IMG/VR virus record: IMGVR_UViG_3300046028_006105
Coordinates: 1-41,457 of that record
Source: a virus
Taxonomy: Duplodnaviria; Caudoviricetes
Direction: 5' to 3' (one strand)
Length of the DNA stretch: 41,457 nucleotides
The translations under genes and the position numbers were made by a program. This document shows positions 35,529-41,457 of this stretch, in pieces. Under the pieces are notes generated by a model. The model had not been told where the DNA came from, ran no database searches, and was given only the letters and a program-made list of their open reading frames with translations. Position 1 is the first letter of the stretch. The number at the start of each line of letters is the position of its first letter.

Positions 35529-38500
35529 TCAATTACCTTGAACGCGTTTTTCTAAAGCTCTGATTTTGCGCGTCAGGCTTTCTTCGTCCGCGCCTTCTTC
35601 CTTTGGCTTGGTTGTCACAAACCATCCAATGTCCTCGCGTTGCTGTGCGTTGCGCTCGGCATTAGAGCCCAAGCGTTCGTCATAGATTCGCCCTATAAAT
35701 GGGACGTTGCTCAGTACGCGAGCGTTTAACAGCAGTTCGGCAAGCGTCATATCGGTTTGGTCTGACGCCTTTGCGTAGGCAATTAGATCGTCAGCATCAC
35801 GCCATAGATCCGTAACCGTAGAACCGACAGCCGGAATCATTAAACTTGTGGCCCCACGAATAGGATCACGCCTAGCTTCACGGGTAACGTAGGCGTTAAG
35901 ACCGATTAACCCAAGCAGGCGATTGGTGATTTGCTCGTCCAAGATAAACGTGCGACCTGTTAGCCATGCCTTTAACGCTTCCATTGGCAGGCCAAGCATT
36001 AGCAGCGTAGCCGTAAGCGCGAGCAGTTGCTTAGTCCCGTTCATCATGCGCGTTTTGTCGCCGCTCTTAATCTCGTTGTAGCAATCATCACGCATTCCGC
36101 TAAACTGCACCGTCAAGAATGAGCGAAACTGGAAGAAGAGTTTGCCATATTGGGACGTAAGCATGGCCTGCGATTGCTGATCTTGCGAGATAGGCTGATA
36201 GGTTGCCACCGTAGCCCACGCAAAAAGCATGGTTTCCGGCGTTTTCTGCCCTGCCGCAAGCATTGCCTCCACTTGTGCCGCATCCTGCCCGAAAAGGCGC
36301 TGTAATCGCTTCTGTTGAAGCCCGCTCATATTGCCTTTCTTAGCTGTCTTAATGGCATTGTTAAGCGCAGCATTGAGCCCAGCTTGCACAAAGGTTTTGG
36401 ACAGGTAGGTAAGGCCGTTCCATTTGAATACCCAGCGCACCATTGAGTCTTCCCACTTCTCGCCAGACTGAAACTCCGCGCCGATGTCGCGTATATCAAT
36501 GCCTGCTTCTTCAAGCGTGATCTTGTTTTTCCCCGTAACCGCTTGAATTAGGCCCGTGAACACACCAACCGGATTGACTGAGTTCTCGCGTAAGCCAATG
36601 CCTAGGCCGTCAACGCTTGCCGTCAAGCCACTGTAAGCCTGCCCAAGTCCGAACACGTAACCAAGCGCCTTCATTACGTTGACCGCACGCATGGAGGGAG
36701 TCGGGTTAAAGCGAGCGTCGATTAGCTTCTTAAGGTTGTTCCTCGTTTGCTCGTCTAGCTTACCTTGCCCCGCAAGTGCGCCGACAAGTGTGCTAGTAGA
36801 TTGAACCAAATCAATTGGACTTGCTCCCGTACCACGATCTTTCTCAATATCCAACTTGATCGACTTACCGAAGAACTGCCGTTGCTGAATCTTGGTCCGC
36901 ATCGACTCAACGTGGTTTAACGCCGTTTCGATAGGGTCGACGTAAAACTGCATCATGGCAAAGTTAATGTCCTCGTTTGCAATGGTTCGCCCCTTAAGTG
37001 CAGACGGCCCCGCCTTGCCACGGTTGGCGACTAGCTTTGACACCATTCCGTCTAGGTCTTCCTCGTCTATGGCCTTACCCTTGCGAATGGCTTCCGCCTC
37101 AAGAGCGCGGTAGGCTTGCTCCATTTTGCTGCCGACTACGGCCCCACGCATAAACTCTTGGAGTCCTTTTACGTCGAAAACCTTGGACGGCCAGTAGAAC
37201 TCGATGTTCTTGGTAAAGCCATAGTTTGCCAGCACGCGCTCGACAGCCTCTCCTACGCGCCCCTTGCGCACGCGCTTAGCCGCATCCATGTCGGCTTTGA
37301 ACGCGTCGCTTGCCTCAAAGTTAGCCGGCTGTGACCAGAAGCGGGAATACTCCTCGCCCGCTTCGATGATGTCGCGGCGGATATCGGTTAGCATTGCCTC
37401 TGCCGCCGCCAGCTCTTTAGCAAAGCCGTTGGCCCGCGCCAAGGTTTCCAAGTTGGTACGGTCGTCGCGCCGTGCTAACACGCGGAATTGCTCAAGAATC
37501 AAATTGGCGTTCGGTAGCGCAGTGATCTTCTCGGCCAAAGCCACAATGACTTTCTTATCCCGCGCCGTCTTTTTAGCTTTTTCGTATGAACTAATTTCAA
37601 GAAGCGTGCCAAGACCAGGCGCAAAGCGGTCAAGCTCGCTGCGCACCGTCAGGAAAAATCGGCCCATAGCATCGCCAAACTCACCGTTATTCTCTAGGCG
37701 TGCGACATTGTTTGCCGCGTTTACTCGCGCCACCATGGTTTCTCGCTGCATATCGGCTACTGCTGCAAGTCCAAATCTCTGCCACGATTTCAGTTTTTGC
37801 ATGGCAAAGATGCGGTCAATCTCTTCGGCTAATGCAATCTCCTCACTCGTCTTAGGGCGATTAGATGGATCTACGGCCAAAGAACGAGTAGTCGCCCCTG
37901 CTTGCTCTACTTTTTTACCGTTCTCCTCGATGATCTTCACTAGCGACTCGTCAAAGATGACGTAGTTGGACGTGCCACCCTTGCCACGGCTTGCACCGTC
38001 TAAGTAGCGGATTCCAGAAATGCCAGCAGCTAGAAGTTTCTCAGATGCTTCTTTAGCTGTACCTAGAATTTCAAGAACGTTCCTAATCGGTAAAGTAGTG
38101 CGTTCCTGTTGCGTGAACCTCCCCGCTTTACCCAACGCCGCCTTCACCTTATCGCTTTGCTCGCTCAGTGGCTTGTCCCAGTCCAAAAACGAGTCAGCGT
38201 CGGGTAGTAGCTCTACGGTGTAAAGGTTGCCCGTAGAAGAAGCCACCCGCTGACGTTCCGCCATTTGTGCATCATAAAGCTCAGCAGCCTTACGCCCTTC
38301 ATCAGTGCGAAACTTACGGTACTCACCTGGAATCGCGTCACGAGACATGACTTCAGCCAGCGACTTCAGCTCAGCGTTTACCTTGTTTATTCTGGCTACG
38401 TCTTTGACGCTATCCGCATACGCACCAGCCACCGCTTTGTTCTCCGCAAAGTAAAGCCCCCAGCCGTAAGCCTGCGCACCCTCGCCAGTGCCGATCTTGT

Positions 38501-41457
38501 CCATGCTGAACTTGTCCACCTTGTGGGGTGTACCGTGATAGGCGGTCAATGCAAACGTAGTAGGCCCGACCAGTTGCGCACCATCCGGCAACACCGTGAC
38601 GTTGCTTGCGTCCGCAGGCTTTGCCCGTGAATCGCTCAGGCTAAACGTCTCCTCGCCACCCCGCGCATACACTGGATTGCCTCGCGTACTTTCATCGAGT
38701 GCCACCAGCAAGTCATTGACCGTCTGGAATTGGAAGCCTTCGCCTACCAGTGCCTCACGCATTTCATCTAAGCTCAGCGCATTCTTGCGGAATAACCGCA
38801 GGCGCTTACCCGCATCTAAGTTCTCAGCTACCGCTCTAAGCTCACCGCTCATGTCGCCACCCGAAGGAGCCAGCAGACCACCCTTCATGATGATAACGCG
38901 CTGCAACTCCTCAGACGCCTTCACGCCTTGGTTCTTAGCCTGCTTCTTCTCGCTAGCCAGCTCTTGCTTCATGTACCACGCCATTGCCTTGTCTTGCGCA
39001 TCTTCTAGCGTTGTAGTCGTGGCGATAAGCAAGCCGTCAGGATCGCTCACCGTCCAGCCTGCTTCTTCATTGCCCTCAATCTTGGGGAACGTGTCGACTT
39101 TCATCGCCTGAGTTGCCATTTCTTGATCCAGCTCCGACATTAGCGGAACCTCATTCACGCCCCGATCGTCAGCTGTTCCCGTAGCTTCCTGCAATGCGCG
39201 TAAAAACTGGGCAGGCAATGCCCCTTCCCGCTCCATTTGCATGACCTTAGCCGCAAAATCTAACGACTCACGGAACAGCTTAGCAAAACGGTCAAGGAAC
39301 CGCTTAAAACTCAAAGGAAGGTTACTCGCCTCCGTCTCTTGTACTTTGCCCATCGCGTAGCCGACTGCGTACTTGGCGAGCCATTCGTGCATCTCGGTGT
39401 ACTCCATCTTACCCGACCAGCCCGCTTCTACCTGCTTACGCCAACCGTCCACCGTGGCGTTGTTAAATTGGCCTAGTTCAATCTGACGTTTAAAGTAGTC
39501 GTGTGCCGATTCTTCCATGACCACCAAAACGTCACCGCCCTCGGCAATACGAATAGCCGTTACAAACTGGCGCGTCTTGTCATCCCACTTTGTATCACTT
39601 GCCCCGCGTGTTGGCGCTAAGGTATCGAGTGTCGTACCCGCTGGCAACGCCCCAGCCTTAACGTATGCAGCCACTTTTTTCTCTGCCTCTTCCCGCCCAA
39701 ACTGCGCTTCTAGTCCGCCAATCTTGGCTTTTGTCTCAATCGTGGTTATACCGCCCCGTTCAGCTTGTAGCTGTTTAACGTACTCCACCATGTCACTTGT
39801 CGCCTGTAGCGCGTCCTCGCCTTTGAGGTCTTCATTGAGCTTAACCATCTCGGCGTAATTTACGGCCTGTTGCTGAATGCTATTCCAGTTAGCCGCTTCC
39901 TCGCTATCACTCATGTCAAAGTCAACCAACTGACCGTCTTCTTTTAACAGCATGGGCCTGCCTTTATATTCGCCTAGCTTGTCACCGTTTGGCAGTACCA
40001 GTCCATCAGTAGGCTTAAAGTTTTGCGTGATAATCTTTGAGTTGTATTCCGTGCGCGCCGCCTCGTCTCCCTTTGTGGCCTTTAGCAACAGCTCACCTTC
40101 TGGCATCGCCAAGATTTCCTCATCGCTACGCGCCTGCGCTAATAGCTTTACGTCATTCGGCCCAAACGTACCACCATCCTTAGCCGTTAGCATCTTTTTC
40201 GCTTTTTTGGCATCAATGTTTTGTTGCGCCATTTCCAGCGGTGCCACCATGCCTTTCATCATTACGCCGCCCGCAAAGCCTGCAAACGCCTCGCCAGCAC
40301 GCCGCTTGATGTAATCCATGTTTGCCCCGTAATCGACAACGCGCTCGTCGTCATAGGCCATGTCCACGATAAAATCTTCCCATGCGCCTTGCAGCACTTC
40401 TTCCGCGCCTTCAACCGCGCCCGATTTTGCCGCCTGCTTTGGAAACTGACGCAACACTTGTCCCATCGTAACCGAGCCGCCGCGTGACGATGTTTTAACG
40501 GCCAACTCTAAGGCGTTGTCCAAAAACTTAACCGACTCAATTTTTTGTTGAACGGCACCAATGGCAACATCCCCAATAAACTGCCAACCCTCGTTCCTGT
40601 AATCCTCACCCATGAACTCCCTACGATTCTGCGTAGCATTAGCCACCCCTTGCGCCGTTCCCGCAATAGCCGCACCAGCAACCGCAGCTTTGGCCCCCAA
40701 GTAGCCAGCTCGCCCCACATTGGCAATCGAAGCCGAAGCCATAATCGCAGAACTCGCCACCATCTGCCCCGACATTTGCGCCGCCATGCCCACATAAGTA
40801 TCTCGGTAAGCCGCATCAGAGCCGTAACGATCATAGCTCTCTTTTCCTAGCTCAAAGAAAAAATCCGCATGTTCCCGCGCCGTTGACGACAACGCGCCGC
40901 GAATCGTGCTATTCTCCCACTCGGCTTTACGCGCTAAAAATTCTTGATCCAACTCCCGCGCCCTAGACTCGACAATGCCGCGTAATCGCTGCGCTTCATC
41001 CGTGTTGCCAAGGCGATTGTTTTCCAGCCGATACAACTGCCGCATGGTATCGATGTCACTCCCGCTTATGCCCTTTTTCTCAGGGGTTCCGCCTAGAGTG
41101 TTTAACGCACCCTCAATCATGGAGAACAAACCCGCCGCCGTGTCTTGCCCCGTTTTCTCAAACGATGCCCCAGCCGTACGCAAGAACTGCCACGACTTCA
41201 CCTCTTTCTTGTCGGTTTGCGCAGCTTCAACCGGAGCGGCCTGCGTAGCCTGCTTTGGCTGAGAAACAGGCGTTAAAGCCATTTGCGCCGTCTCTGCTTC
41301 ATGCCTTACAATCTCGTCGTAAACGGCACTTGGAGTAAGCTCGCGCCCAAAATACGCACGACTTATGCCAGCGAAGTTGCGGTCAATTTCAGCCTTAGAC
41401 TGATCCACCCGTTGAGATAACCAAAGTGCACTTGCCTCTTGGTCCAATTTCTCAGCC
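35529..41457 (-). CDS. Large internal virion / polyvalent protein (C-terminal ~1975 aa) with an ADP-ribosyltransferase-like domain
   Basis: Open to the window end, true start at 836 through the overlap; internal YHGT...F...GTGEGAQAYGWGLYFAE...NYVIFD. Confidence 0.8.
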   Translation of the reverse strand, partial: AEKLDQEASALWLSQRVDQSKAEIDRNFAGISRAYFGRELTPSAVYDEIVRHEAETAQMALTPVSQPKQATQAAPVEAAQTDKKEVKSWQFLRTAGASFEKTGQDTAAGLFSMIEGALNTLGGTPEKKGISGSDIDTMRQLYRLENNRLGNTDEAQRLRGIVESRARELDQEFLARKAEWENSTIRGALSSTAREHADFFFELGKESYDRYGSDAAYRDTYVGMAAQMSGQMVASSAIMASASIANVGRAGYLGAKAAVAGAAIAGTAQGVANATQNRREFMGEDYRNEGWQFIGDVAIGAVQQKIESVKFLDNALELAVKTSSRGGSVTMGQVLRQFPKQAAKSGAVEGAEEVLQGAWEDFIVDMAYDDERVVDYGANMDYIKRRAGEAFAGFAGGVMMKGMVAPLEMAQQNIDAKKAKKMLTAKDGGTFGPNDVKLLAQARSDEEILAMPEGELLLKATKGDEAARTEYNSKIITQNFKPTDGLVLPNGDKLGEYKGRPMLLKEDGQLVDFDMSDSEEAANWNSIQQQAVNYAEMVKLNEDLKGEDALQATSDMVEYVKQLQAERGGITTIETKAKIGGLEAQFGREEAEKKVAAYVKAGALPAGTTLDTLAPTRGASDTKWDDKTRQFVTAIRIAEGGDVLVVMEESAHDYFKRQIELGQFNNATVDGWRKQVEAGWSGKMEYTEMHEWLAKYAVGYAMGKVQETEASNLPLSFKRFLDRFAKLFRESLDFAAKVMQMEREGALPAQFLRALQEATGTADDRGVNEVPLMSELDQEMATQAMKVDTFPKIEGNEEAGWTVSDPDGLLIATTTTLEDAQDKAMAWYMKQELASEKKQAKNQGVKASEELQRVIIMKGGLLAPSGGDMSGELRAVAENLDAGKRLRLFRKNALSLDEMREALVGEGFQFQTVNDLLVALDESTRGNPVYARGGEETFSLSDSRAKPADASNVTVLPDGAQLVGPTTFALTAYHGTPHKVDKFSMDKIGTGEGAQAYGWGLYFAENKAVAGAYADSVKDVARINKVNAELKSLAEVMSRDAIPGEYRKFRTDEGRKAAELYDAQMAERQRVASSTGNLYTVELLPDADSFLDWDKPLSEQSDKVKAALGKAGRFTQQERTTLPIRNVLEILGTAKEASEKLLAAGISGIRYLDGASRGKGGTSNYVIFDESLVKIIEENGKKVEQAGATTRSLAVDPSNRPKTSEEIALAEEIDRIFAMQKLKSWQRFGLAAVADMQRETMVARVNAANNVARLENNGEFGDAMGRFFLTVRSELDRFAPGLGTLLEISSYEKAKKTARDKKVIVALAEKITALPNANLILEQFRVLARRDDRTNLETLARANGFAKELAAAEAMLTDIRRDIIEAGEEYSRFWSQPANFEASDAFKADMDAAKRVRKGRVGEAVERVLANYGFTKNIEFYWPSKVFDVKGLQEFMRGAVVGSKMEQAYRALEAEAIRKGKAIDEEDLDGMVSKLVANRGKAGPSALKGRTIANEDINFAMMQFYVDPIETALNHVESMRTKIQQRQFFGKSIKLDIEKDRGTGASPIDLVQSTSTLVGALAGQGKLDEQTRNNLKKLIDARFNPTPSMRAVNVMKALGYVFGLGQAYSGLTASVDGLGIGLRENSVNPVGVFTGLIQAVTGKNKITLEEAGIDIRDIGAEFQSGEKWEDSMVRWVFKWNGLTYLSKTFVQAGLNAALNNAIKTAKKGNMSGLQQKRLQRLFGQDAAQVEAMLAAGQKTPETMLFAWATVATYQPISQDQQSQAMLTSQYGKLFFQFRSFLTVQFSGMRDDCYNEIKSGDKTRMMNGTKQLLALTATLLMLGLPMEALKAWLTGRTFILDEQITNRLLGLIGLNAYVTREARRDPIRGATSLMIPAVGSTVTDLWRDADDLIAYAKASDQTDMTLAELLLNARVLSNVPFIGRIYDERLGSNAERNAQQREDIGWFVTTKPKEEGADEESLTRKIRALEKRVQGN
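40746..41457. repeat. End overlap, right copy
   Basis: Matches 6-717. Confidence 0.95.

Noticed and set aside
1-41457. Integrase, RNA or DNA polymerase, tRNA genes
   Set aside because: No motifs recognised by eye; HMM and tRNA scans are needed to confirm absence.

Overview
Apparently complete ~40.74-kb circularly permuted genome of a podovirus-type tailed phage. Positions 6-717 recur at 40746-41457 and split the gene for a ~2015-aa internal virion protein. The minus strand carries TerS/TerL, portal, scaffold, major capsid, tail tubular A/B, ejection proteins, tailspike and membrane genes. The plus strand (18.6-31.6 kb) carries an early/replication arm: J-domain, DUF3560-like, methyltransferase, ERF, SSB-like, exonuclease, DnaC-like ATPase, DnaA-C domain, RuvC-like and dUTPase. 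The main finding is at 27.5-31.6 kb: an integron-type gene-cassette array with nine intact attC-like hairpins, one degenerate site and a lone core site at the right end (attI-like). These sites separate ten small-ORF cassettes, and I recognise no integrase anywhere in the genome. The attC sites read canonically on the minus strand while every cassette gene is on the plus strand, so the array is inverted relative to normal integrons. Other observations: two related C4-like structured non-coding elements, a strong C/G skew inversion around a candidate pac site, and a 37-substitution patch between the two end copies. All protein calls come from motif recognition and synteny only; no database searches were run.
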